Assembly (NCBI GenBank): GCA_013239625.1
Contig: MU053468.1
Location: 1 to 64,000, forward strand
Reading direction: 5' to 3'
DNA: 64,000 bases
Source: Lama guanicoe
Taxonomy: Eukaryota
Part shown: positions 35,786 through 46,358 of the stretch, one piece after another
How positions within the stretch are numbered: the first letter of the stretch is position 1
How the letters are laid out: every line of letters starts with the position of its first letter
Notes under the pieces: model-generated
What the model saw: the letters and a program-made list of their open reading frames with translations, nothing else
Told to the model about the DNA's origin: nothing
The model's database searches: none
Program-made: the position numbers and the translations under genes

Positions 35786-36590
35786 TAAGGGTTCTATAGC
35801 CAATTATAATGTGGGCACAGGTGAGAGGGGGGCATTCCCTCACCACCAAGCAGTTCTCTGACACCAGCTGGGTGTCCTACAGTTCAACTCAATTCTGACA
35901 CTGTCTACCCAGAGAGAGCATCAGATTTCTCTGGTTAAGGGTTCAGTCCTACAAGACTGCCCCTGCCACCCCCACCCTACGCTTCAGATGCCAATCACAA
36001 GTCCAGGTTGTGACCTCAGAGGTTCCCACGCCCCACTCCTTGGGTTCCATTAATTTGCAAGAGCGGTTCACAGAATTCAGGAAACCCATTTACTCACTAG
36101 ATGACCGGTTTATTATAAAGGCTATAACTCAGGAACAGCCAGATGGAAGAGATGCATGGGACAGGGTCTAGGGAAAGGGCGTGGAGCCTTCATGCCCTCT
36201 CTGCATGCACCACTCTCCCCAGATGTTCATGTGTTCACCAACCCGGAAGCTCTCCCAACCCAGTCCTTCTGGATTTTATGGAGGCTTCATTACTTAGGCA
36301 TGGTTGATTAAACCATGGGCCACTGGTGACTGAGCTCAACTTCCAGCCCCTCTCCCCTCCCTGGAGGTGGTGGGGGTTTAGTACTCAAAGCTCCAACCCT
36401 CTCATCACATGGCTGGCTCTCTGGCAACCAGCCCCGTCCTTAGGTGAATTCCAAAAGTCACCTCATTAACAAACAAAAGGCACTGTGCAGGCTCCCATCA
36501 CCTAGGAAATTCCAAGGATTTTAGGAGCTCTGTGTCAGAAACAGGACAAAGACCAAATATATATTTCTTATTATAAATCATGGTATTACA
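35786..36590 (-). mobile_element. ERV solo LTR, MER21/MER39-like (~800 bp), intergenic
   Basis: gacaccagctgggtgtcctacagttcaactcaattctgacact; gaccaaatatatatttcttattataaatc...taca; flanks tttgg / cttgg resemble a TSD. Confidence 0.8.
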
Positions 36591-39079
36591 CTTGGTTTCT
36601 CCTAAGAAGGAGGCAGCCAGTCTGTGCAGGAGCCAGGATGTCATGGCCCCCCATGGCATTCACTGGCTGTATACCTGGGCCACTTCCTGTCAGCTCCTAG
36701 CTGTGGACACCCCAGTTATATTTAAGAGGTGTGTTGAATGTGGTTTTTCGAACCTGGGCCTCATGTGATTTCTCACAGGCTGGGTCTAGTTCCACAGAAG
36801 CTCAGCAGTAAGTTCTGAATCTTCCTCCGTACAGTCCTGGGGAGGACCTCTGTGAAGCTTACCCCCCAGGAAATAGGCACCAGCCACCCTGCCTCCTCCA
36901 TCCCGGCGTCCAGTGGCTGGGGAGAAAGATCAGAAACCTCACTGATGCCAGTTCCAGAAACATATATTGGTATCAGTGAGTTCCCGTTTTGGTGTTGGGC
37001 AGTGAATCTGACTCCAACCCTGCCCTGGACCTCACAGCCCTAGAAAAAATAGGGAGACACTCTGCAAGGCCAAGGGAGGCACATCTGTGGGCAGAAGGGG
37101 GGCCTACATCCCTCAGAAGCTTTGAGGACGTGGCCTAAGAGCTGGTAAATAGCCAGAGAAGGTGTGGGGAAGGGAATTCCTGGTGGAGGGATCGGTCAAA
37201 GGTGCAGGGGGCTGAGACAGAAGATACTGGTGATGAATCATGGAGGGGTGTGGTTGGTCGGAGAGGCAGGGGTTATGTGTTCTGGGGGAGGGAGAGGAGG
37301 CAGGAGAGACTGCCTGGGGCTGGAGGGCTTCAGATGGGGCCGGATCCTGTGATCAGGGTAGTCCCATCTGACTCAAGCGCACTCTGAGGTTTGGGTTGCC
37401 AGGCAGGGCAGGGTGGTGCTTTCTGAGACTGAGCTAGACAGAAAGCCCTGCCAGGAGTTTATAGGAGGTTTGGAGGCAGGGTGGGAGCTCCGAGACTGGT
37501 GGACTCTGGGAGGGAGAGCCCAGTATCTGTTCTGCAACCAACCCAAGCCCCAGCTATACTCAGCTCCCCACCCTCTTCCTGTCTGGGGCTGGGCCCTCAG
37601 ACCTCACCAGGCTGAGGTCACAGGCGTAGGTCTATGAGAGCCTGGCCATTCAGGCTAGGCAGGAGGAGTGGTCAGTAGAACACAAACTTTTCTGGCCAAA
37701 AGGTCACTTGCTGAGTGGTCCCAGTCCCTGGTACGCTAGACTCACTTGTTGGGAATGTTGACGGGGGAACATGCTGTTGAGCAGGACGAGGCCCTCAAGC
37801 CTGACCTGCTCGCTTTCTGTGTTAATTGCTCTTCCTGGACACATGCTGCATTCCAGCTCCCAGGTGTCATCCCAGTATGCAGGTGTTCCTGTCAGTGTGT
37901 GTGTGCCTGGGCGTCTCATTTGAGGATGTGTTTCTAGGGTACTGGTGATAACACTCTTCTTCCACCCTGACCTCAGGCTTGGAGGGTTGAGCACATGCAT
38001 CAGGGGGATCACCCCTCAATCCTGGCTTGTCCCTCTGCAACACCAGACATCAGTCTGTCTGTTTCCTTCCCTGAAGTGTCTTCTTTCCTCCATGCCTGGG
38101 TGGGCTTGTGAGCTTGTTTGGTTCAACGCAGCTGCTGGAGGCACCAGAGGTTGTTGGAGCCAAGCTTTATCCAACACAGGGAGGTGAATGACTCCATGTG
38201 CTCCTTCTGTGAGACCACACTGGTTAAGGTTGTAGGGTTGTGTGCAGTGGAAGCTGACTGATGTCTTAAGAAAGAGATTTGTTGAAGCAAACCAGGACCT
38301 CACAAAATCTATGGGAAGATGGGAGATTCAGGAGCCAGGGCTCCTGAGTCATCTTACTGGGGGGCCCTCGCCAGAGCTCCAGGCAATTTTTCCCTATTCT
38401 TTTCCCACTCTACTCAAGATTTAAAGCCCTGGATGAGAGAGCCCAGTTGGATCCTATGCCCATCCCTTGATTTATAGCTCCATTAAGACCAGGAAACTAG
38501 GGTGCAATTATGAAGGGGAATGGACACTGAGCATCAAAATAAAACAGCAATGAAAGAAAAAAAAAGACCAAAAGACACACAGAACCAAAGACAGTGTCCA
38601 TTACAATGATATTGGGCAGGCCACTCAGATGCAGCCTCTCCAGGGGACAGGGAAGAGGCCAGACTCAATGTCCTTTAAGGGAGTCTTCATTTCTGATAGT
38701 CTGAGTCCAGCTTCTATAATTCAGAAAGCATTAAAAATATTCAAATGACAGAACAGGAACTTCTGTATTTGTGGGGACTCAGAGCCATCTGTTCAGAGCT
38801 GGAGAGGGAGGCAGAGACGAAGCGTTCTGAGCAGAGCTTATGAGGCAGGCCCAGGCTGGGGAATGGAGGGGCTCTGACAAGTCCCTGGCTTGGCAACAGC
38901 AGGAGCAGAACGAAGATGCCCTCTCCCACCTGTGGGTGGTGACCTGTGGAGAAGGTACTCAAATGGCACAGGGAAGCTAGTAGAGGGTGGAGCCAATCAG
39001 GGAGAAGATGCCTTTTCCAGAGAGGCTAGGAGAGGAATTTGGCTGGCTTCTGAGTCACACAGAGCAGCAGATACATGAT

Positions 39080-40330
39080 GCAAATCAGCACATATTTCCT
39101 GAGCACCTGCTAAGTGTCATTTACTCATTCAATCAACAAACATTCTCTGAGCACCTCCTCTGTCCTGGACTGCGGGGATGAATCAGACAGGGTATAGGCC
39201 CTCCAGGCTCATGGTCTGTTGTGGGGCTCGTGGAGGGGGGAGTGGTGGGCTCATGTACAAGTGTAATTAGCACAGTGAGTTTGGTGTGATGGAGGGATAC
39301 CCAGGTTAGTTAAGGAGCCCAGAGGAGGAAATGACAGTTGTTCAGGTGGGTCAGGGAGGGCTTCCTGAAGGAAGTCATGTCTGTGCTGGGTCTCTGAAGC
39401 ATAAGTGGGAGGAGTGCGCTAGGTAGACAGCATAGACAGTGCAGGACTGAAAAGCCAGGGGAGGGGGATGCCCAGGTGACGCTCTCCGTGGTCCTGAATC
39501 ATCATTGTGTTAATAGGACAAGGGCTTTTGTGTCAAGGGGAGAGGGGGGACTATAGATAAACACCCCCAATTCCAGCCACTCCTCTAGGCTCCAGGAAGT
39601 ATAGTAACTGTGAGTGAGTTCAGGAAGCTTCATTTTCAGTGTGGTAGAGTGTAATTTTGAGAGACAGGCAGTGGGATCTGAGGCTGGAGATTGGCATGGG
39701 TCATGAAGGGTTATAAAGGGTCATGGAGATCATGTTAAGCAATTTAGATATTTTTAATCCTATAGGCAGTGGGGAGCCATGGAAAGGTTGTGTGCAAGTT
39801 GGTGATGGGGTCACATGTGTGACTTAGAAAAATTACTGGCAAGTAATATGGAGAAAAAACCAGAGGGGTATGTTGGAGTAGGCGGTGTTGAGTTTTAAAA
39901 GGATTGAAGTGAGACATGGAGAAATTTGAGCTAAGTCTGTGAGCAATGGGGAGATATTAAAGAGAAAAAATGGACAGGCCATAGAAGTGGGGAAGGAATC
40001 CCAAATGGCTCCCAGATTTCCATTTGGGGACAATGTGGATGCTGCTGCTATTTGTCAAGAGGTAATGGATACCGGGTGGGAGCAGGTTGAGGGGAAAGAG
40101 GATGAGTTCAGTCTTGGGTGTGCTGAGTTTAAGTGCTGGGGAATATCTAGGGGGAGTGTGTAGGAGACTGCATTCGGACCCTTGAGATGAGGCCACATCT
40201 AGAGATGAAGGCTGGGTATCCTGGGCATGTGGATGATTGTTGAAAGCCCAAGCATGGGTGAGAGGCTGCCAAGAGAGTGTGCCACGTGAGAAGAGGGGAG
40301 ACTGAGGCTGCGCCCTGGAGATGCTCCTGT
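39080..40330 (-). mobile_element. L2 LINE fragments
   Basis: ctcattcaatcaacaaacattctctgagcacct; ggtcagggagggcttcctgaaggaagt; gatgagttcagtcttgggtgtgctgagttt. Confidence 0.7.
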
Positions 40331-42972
40331 GGTGGGGGGATGGGCAGAGGGGAGGTGGACTGAGCTCCCAGTTAGCAGCCATGGAGGAGCCAGTGTTTCC
40401 CAGAGTGTGTTCTGCAAAGCTGTAGTCCCCTTACAAGATGTTCAGTGGTCAAGTACACATGGGGAGACGGCAGCCTATACCTCTCTGTGGGAGATTCCCA
40501 ATGTACAGTCTCAGGTTAAAGGCCTGGATACGTTCCTCAGTAAGGAAACCTATTTATTTATGTTTATCCCCACCATTTCCCCAGTATGCCCTTGGAACAC
40601 TGGCCACTAATGTCCTGTGTCCCACTGGTTTTGAAATTATGGTCTGGTCTTAGTGAGTATTAGGAGGCTCTTTAGCCATTGTTGAGATCAGCCTCCGTTC
40701 TGTTGGTGAGGAAGCTCTGGCCTGGAGAAGCAGCGTTGTGGAGCAGTAGGGGAGACACTGGATTAGGGGGCAGACATACCTGGGTTTAGTGCAAGCCCTG
40801 GCATTTACTAGTTATGTGACCTTAGGCAGATTACTTCTCTTCCCTGGGTCTCAGTTTCTTTATTGGTGAGATGGACATAAGAACCTACAAGTTCTATAGC
40901 TGATGGTCCCATGATGCTAGCTGAGGCTCTCAGGAGGCCACGGTGACTTGCCCAGGGCCACACAACTCAAAGGGGCTTATTGTCCTCCCTACCACTCTGC
41001 CCTTGGTGGCCCCTTATCCCACTCAAGGACCCACTCTAGAGAGTGCCTTTGAACTAAAATCCCAGAAAAACCCACAGAGTGGGAATGACTGACTTGTTTG
41101 GTGGCAGCTCAGAGGTCCCCCAAATTTAAAAGGCTCAAAACTCTGTCATCTTCCCCTGTTTTGGAGCCTAGCCAGTGGTGGAAAGGCAGTGCTGTGAAAA
41201 GGGAGTGCTTCCCTTTCTGGTCTAGGGCTAAAACTGCCTCCCTGTGCAGGGCTGTGGCTGAAAGGATGAGGAATTTGGGGAGTGGGAAGGGGACAGTTCC
41301 TTATACTGTCTTGGCCTTAGTGCCATGGTTGCGCCTCCTTCACAGCTGGCTGCATCCCACAGCTGGGCACTGTCCTCTAGCTGGCACCATCACACAGTTA
41401 TGAAGGTCATTGCCAGAGCTCAGTCCCATCCCTGTGGAGCTCCTAGGTCTGTTCTCACCTGTTAATCACCTGTCATCCTGGGCCACCCAGTGGAACTTCC
41501 CCCATCTAGCTTTGCAGGCCTGCACCCAGCAAGCTGCAAAGAGGCAGCAAGGCAACTTTCAGAATGAAATCTGTTTTCCTAACCCTCCCGTCACAGTCAT
41601 TCATACCCAACACGACGAAGCATATTTTTAGTCACTTCACAGAATTTAAAATACACCTCGAAGGTGCCAAGAAACACCAGCTTGGGGATTAACTGTGCTC
41701 ACAAGAGAGTGGGGCAGGAGGGGGAGGGGAGTGCCTTGTGCTGCGTCACCCTTTGGCTATGCCGTGACTCACTGTGGCCGACACCTTCTCGAGAGACACC
41801 TGCCGATGGACGTGGGATCTGGAGCAGCCTGAAGTGGGAACTGAGCTCCTAGCCCAGGCCAGTGTTGTCACACCAACCTGGGTCAGGGCCAACCCTGACA
41901 GCAGCTAGCTGGGCCCTGGGACATGTGTGTGAAACACAGGGAATAATTCTGGTTTCCTGGTGTCTAGTTCTAGCATTCTGTCCTCAGCACTTTGTACGGT
42001 ATCTTCATTTCAATCAAAGGCTCAAACAAATTAATTGGTGGTGGTGGGGTGGGGATTCCTGGAACCACAGCGTCTTTGAGATGGGTGAAAGTGGAGATTG
42101 AGTCCCTGAATACAGAAGCTACACAGCCACTCTCCTCAGGACACAGGACTTTCCCTCTCCCCCAACGGGGAGTGAGCATGCATTGACTTTTGGATCATCT
42201 GAATCGTCTTCTCCTTGGTTCCCACACAGAGAGAAACTGAGACCCAGAGAGTGTTAGGGATCTTGTCCATGGTCATGCCACTGCAGTATGACCCAACCTC
42301 CTATCTCCTGTTCAGGGCTTTGTCCCTTCCCCAGTGCACAGCTGGAAGTCTGATGCTTACAGTTGGTGTGCCCTCAGGAGAGAAGGCCCCTTTTTAATGC
42401 CGTTTCCGGTGGGTCCCAGTTGCAGCCCTGGCTCTCCCTGCCAGAGGCTGCCTCTCTGTGAGGCAGGGGTAGGGCCTCGGTGCGCACACAGGAATAGGCC
42501 CAGGGGAAGACTGGGGGCTGGATCTGTGTTTCCCTGGGGAGGTGGGCGACATAGCCTTCTGTGCCTGGTGGAGGCCTGAGTCCTGGACCAAGCCCCCACA
42601 GTCAAGCTACTTGATTCTTATGCAGCCCTCCCTAAACTAAATCATGGCGGATAAGTAGCTGCTGGAGCGGCCACGGGCTCTCCTACTGGCGCCCCTGACT
42701 TAACTGAGACCCTCTCTCCAGGATGTCCACATGCCCTGAGCTCGAGCCTTCAGCTTTCTCCCAGAGTCTCCGCCACGGTAGGGAATGGGGAGGGAGGGCA
42801 CTGAGAGGGTGCTGGGGAGTCCGGCTCCCCGCATGCTACTCCCAGCTCCGTAGCTCCCCCAAACCCCTTCTGGCCCTTGCCAGCCTCCGCGGCCACTCGG
42901 CTCCGGAGTGACTGCGCCCCCGTCGGGCGGGAGGGGCTCTGCGGCCTGGCCCCCCCCTGCCCCCGGGGGCAG

Positions 42973-43057
42973 CACGTGCGGGGCGGGGCTCTGGCCCGAG
43001 CCCGGGGCTGATTGGGCGCTAGCTTGGTGGGCGGGGCCGGGCCGCAGCTGTCAGTGT
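42973..43057 (+). promoter_or_regulatory. SPNS2 TATA-less core/proximal promoter
   Basis: E-box CACGTG 42973-42978, GC boxes GGGGCGGGGC 42980-42989 and TGGGCGGGGC 43028-43037, inverted CCAAT (ctgATTGG 43011-43015), Inr-like TCAGTGT 43051-43057. Confidence 0.7.
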
Positions 43058-43144
43058 CTCAGCGGCGACAGCGGCTTGTCTCGTTGAAACCGTGGCAGAG
43101 CCGCAGCCGGGCCGGAGCGCAGGAGCCGACGGGGCCCGGCCGGG

Positions 43145-43183
43145 ATGGTGCAGCGGCGGCTCCGGGGCGCACGCACGCACTGA
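43145..43183 (+). other. Upstream ORF in the probable SPNS2 5' UTR ([12 protein letters not shown])
   Basis: gggATGG strong Kozak context, out of frame with the main ATG, TGA at 43181-43183; depends on the TSS being upstream of 43145. Confidence 0.55.
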
Positions 43184-43242
43184 GTGGGCCCAAGCTGGGC
43201 CCCGCGTCCCCCGCGCCCCCCGCCGCCCCGATCCCGGCCGGC

Positions 43243-43621
43243 ATGATGTGCCTGGAATGCGCCTCGGCGGCGGCGGGCGGCGCGGAGGAGGAGGAGGCGG
43301 ACGCGGAGCGGCGGCGCCGGCGCCGGGGGGCGCAGCGAGGGGCTGGCGGTGGCGGTTGCTGTGGGGCGCGGGCAGCGAGCGCCGCTGGAGTCGCGGCTGC
43401 AGACGATGAAGTGCAAACGCTGTCGGGCAGCGTGAGGGGGGCCCCGTCCGGACCCCCCAGCACCCCCAGCACCCCTAGCACCCCAAGCAGTGCAGCCGCT
43501 GGCAAGGGCCCCGGCGTTCAGCAGCCCAAACCAGCCAGCTTGGGCCGCGGGCGGGGAGCAGCCGCCGCCATCCTCAGCTTGGGCAACGTGCTCAACTACC
43601 TGGACAGGTACACCGTAGCAG
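43243..43621 (+). CDS. SPNS2: SPNS2 (sphingosine-1-phosphate transporter) coding exon 1, 379 nt: [29 protein letters not shown]...[16 protein letters not shown](G)
   Basis: Characteristic SPNS2 N-terminus and NYLDRY TM1 motif; donor G|gtgagc. Confidence 0.97.
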
Positions 43622-46047
43622 GTGAGCAAGTGCCCCACCCAGCCCGAGAACCAGGACCCTCTACCTTGAGGTAGCCCGGGGAGCCTTTGGTCCGAGGCTC
43701 CCTATATCCAAGCCTTTCGGGGGGCCCCTAAGGGTCCTCCGCTTAGGCACAACTGGGCAAGTGATGCCCCATGTTCCATGGGTTCAATTTAAGGACTGCC
43801 CCCTGCACCCCCAGACTAGGGGTTGGGAGAGTCCCCACCTCTGGAGTAGCCGGCGCATCCTCGCCAGCCCTTGACATCTCATCCGTTGTCCTCTTTTCCG
43901 AGTCTCCTTTGCGCCTTTCTGCGTTCTGGCCTCCGCGCCCTCTCCCGCCCAGCCTCAGGTTCCCGGGCCTCTCCTCCCCTTCCCCCAGCCTAGGCGGTCT
44001 GTCTGTCAGTAGCCGTCAGTTCCTTCCTTCCTCCGCCACCTCCACTCCCCTGCGTGCGTGCGGCGAGTGCGCGCGCCCCTTGCGGGTGTGCTCCCGAGGA
44101 GACCAAGTGTGTGCGCGCGGGCGGCGGTGATATGTGTGTGTGTGAGCGCATGGCTGACAAAGGCTTGGGGCTGCGGGGAGACGAGCGAAGCGGAGGGAGG
44201 GGCGGGGCGGGTCCGCGGCGCCTGGGGACCCAGGATGCGGTTTGCAGCTGGCCCCTGCGAGAGGCCTGAAGACGCCTCTTCCTGCTCCATGTCGCTTGGG
44301 GCCTGGGGTAGGGCGCAGGCCACTAGGGATAGAGAGGGGCTGCCTCATCCTCTGTGAGCATCTCCTGGAACCAGCCTTGGGGAAGGGTTGCGGGTCGATA
44401 GAACAACTGAGTTCTCTTCTCGTCCCACATTTGCTCCTCCTGTGCTTGGTGTGTGACCTTGGGCGGGTCTTAGCTTGTGTTTAGGTCTGTTTCCCCCCTC
44501 GTGAGGTGGTTGATCCCTGGTCCCTTTGGCGATGGAAGGGTGTTCTGGGATTCCAGTCTGCTAGCTCCCCTCCCCCAGTTCTCAGGGGTCTGTGAGTATG
44601 GAACTTTCCCTAAATTGAGCTGCCCCTCGGTGGGAATGGTGCAGCCTGGGGAGAAAAGGACTTTGGCCAAGCTAGCCTGTGGAGGCTCTCTGCCACAGGA
44701 GAGCAGTGATTGTGTACCTGGCATGCTGGCCAGAACCTGCCTAACCACAGCTTAGTAAAATCTGAAACTGCAAGGAGGAAAAAAAAAAAAAAAAAAGATA
44801 GCGGGTGGAATTTGGGACTGACTCTAAAGAAAACTGTGTGCTTATGGAGGGAGGAGATCCCTGGCATAAACCATACGCCATCTGGGTCCCCTTCCCCAGG
44901 ACTCAATCACCCCCTCTGTTGAATGGGGTTTTGTGTCAAGTGGAAGGGAGAATTCTGATGCAAGCATAGAGGCTTCCCCCTCCCCCGACTCCCACTTTCA
45001 AGACCCCTTTTCTCTCTATCTCTTCCTGCGGGGAGTTGGAAATGGGTACCAGTGGCACCAGTTTCTGGGTTGGGCTGTCCCCAAAAGGCTCTTACTTGGG
45101 TCTGGTGAACAGGAATACCCAGCATCACCCAAATGCACCAGGCTCTGTCATGCTTGGGCCATGCTGCCTGGGACCTGGGAGCTTAGGTGTCACCACATAG
45201 TGGAGAGAAGTCAGAGAACATCGGGGGCCTGTAGTTAGTTCAATATGGACTTCTGTACACAGACTGGGGAACCGAGGCAACTGGCGACCCTTGTCCAAGG
45301 TGGTCCGGAGAGTGCACTGCAAAGTGGCGTGAGATCTCCGTGTTTTCCACCCTCTCAGCTGGGCAATGAATGGTCTGCTTCTGTAACAACTTGAAACATT
45401 TTTTTCAGCCTCCTGACCCTCCCCTCGCCTTATTCTTAGGGAAACTGCTAGGGGCTGAGGTGGGAGGGTGGGATCAGGGAGGTCTAGTGCTTTTCTGCCT
45501 CCACCCCCACTTGGGTCCGAGAGTCAGAATGGGAGAAAAACATAGCAAATTTTTGGTGACTTGGTAAGGGGGGTGGGGCAGTAGAGAGGAAGGCCCGGAA
45601 AGTTCTGTGCAAACACCATGCATCCTTCCCATTCCTGCTAGGGTGGGAGCTCGTGCACCACCCCGCCCCCAACTCACAGCATCACAGATTTCCTCTCCGG
45701 ATAAGCCTGGCTCCCTCCCTCTCTCTTTATGGTAGACTCTCCTACCACCAGCCCCTTGCTGCCAAGCTGTTTTCAGGAAGATTTACTATCTCTATGGCAA
45801 CTACTGTGGCTTGACGTGTCTTAGGGGTTTGGGGGACACAGCAGGGGAGTGGTCATCCCACCTGTTGCTGGCTGGCCAGCTGGGGCAGAGGAGGGCATGC
45901 AGACACTCCACTGCTCAGTCACCTTTGATATTTGCACCCCCCTGATCCCTGAGAACCTCACCATCTGGTCCTGGCACCCCATCAAAAATGGGGGAAGTTC
46001 CTACTCTCTTCCTTTAAGCCTGTGCATTTCTGTCTTCATGGTATAGA

Positions 46048-46358
46048 CCAGCTCTGTCCAAAAGGAATATAATGCAAGCTATGGCTGGAACTTAAAATTT
46101 TCTAGTAACCACATTAAAAAAGTAAAAAGAAATAGGAGATATGAATGAATAATGTGTCTTATTGCACTCAATATATCTAACATATTTCAACATATCATCA
46201 GTAGAAAAGCTATCAATGGGATATTTTGCCCACTTTTCTTACTGAGTTTTGAAACCCAGTTTGTGTTTTACATTTACAGCACATGTCAGTTTGCACTGGC
46301 TGCATTTCAGGTGCCCAACGGCCACAGTGGCTAGGGGACACCATGGTGGACGGTGAAG
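46048..46358. mobile_element. MER33/MER3-like hAT-Charlie DNA transposon
   Basis: cagctctgtccaaaaggaatataatgcaagc...ttaaaattttctagtaaccacattaaaaaagtaaaaagaaa...ggccacagtggctag. Confidence 0.8.

Larger units (their letters stand above)
42870..44260. promoter_or_regulatory. CpG island over the SPNS2 promoter, exon 1 and start of intron 1
   Basis: Abrupt rise in GC content and CpG density compared with CpG-depleted flanks. Confidence 0.9.

Noticed and set aside
43051..43638. Long antisense and alternative-frame ORFs (195, 148 and 105 aa) over SPNS2 exon 1
   Set aside because: Expected from stop-codon scarcity in a GC-rich CpG island; low-complexity translations with no recognisable domain.
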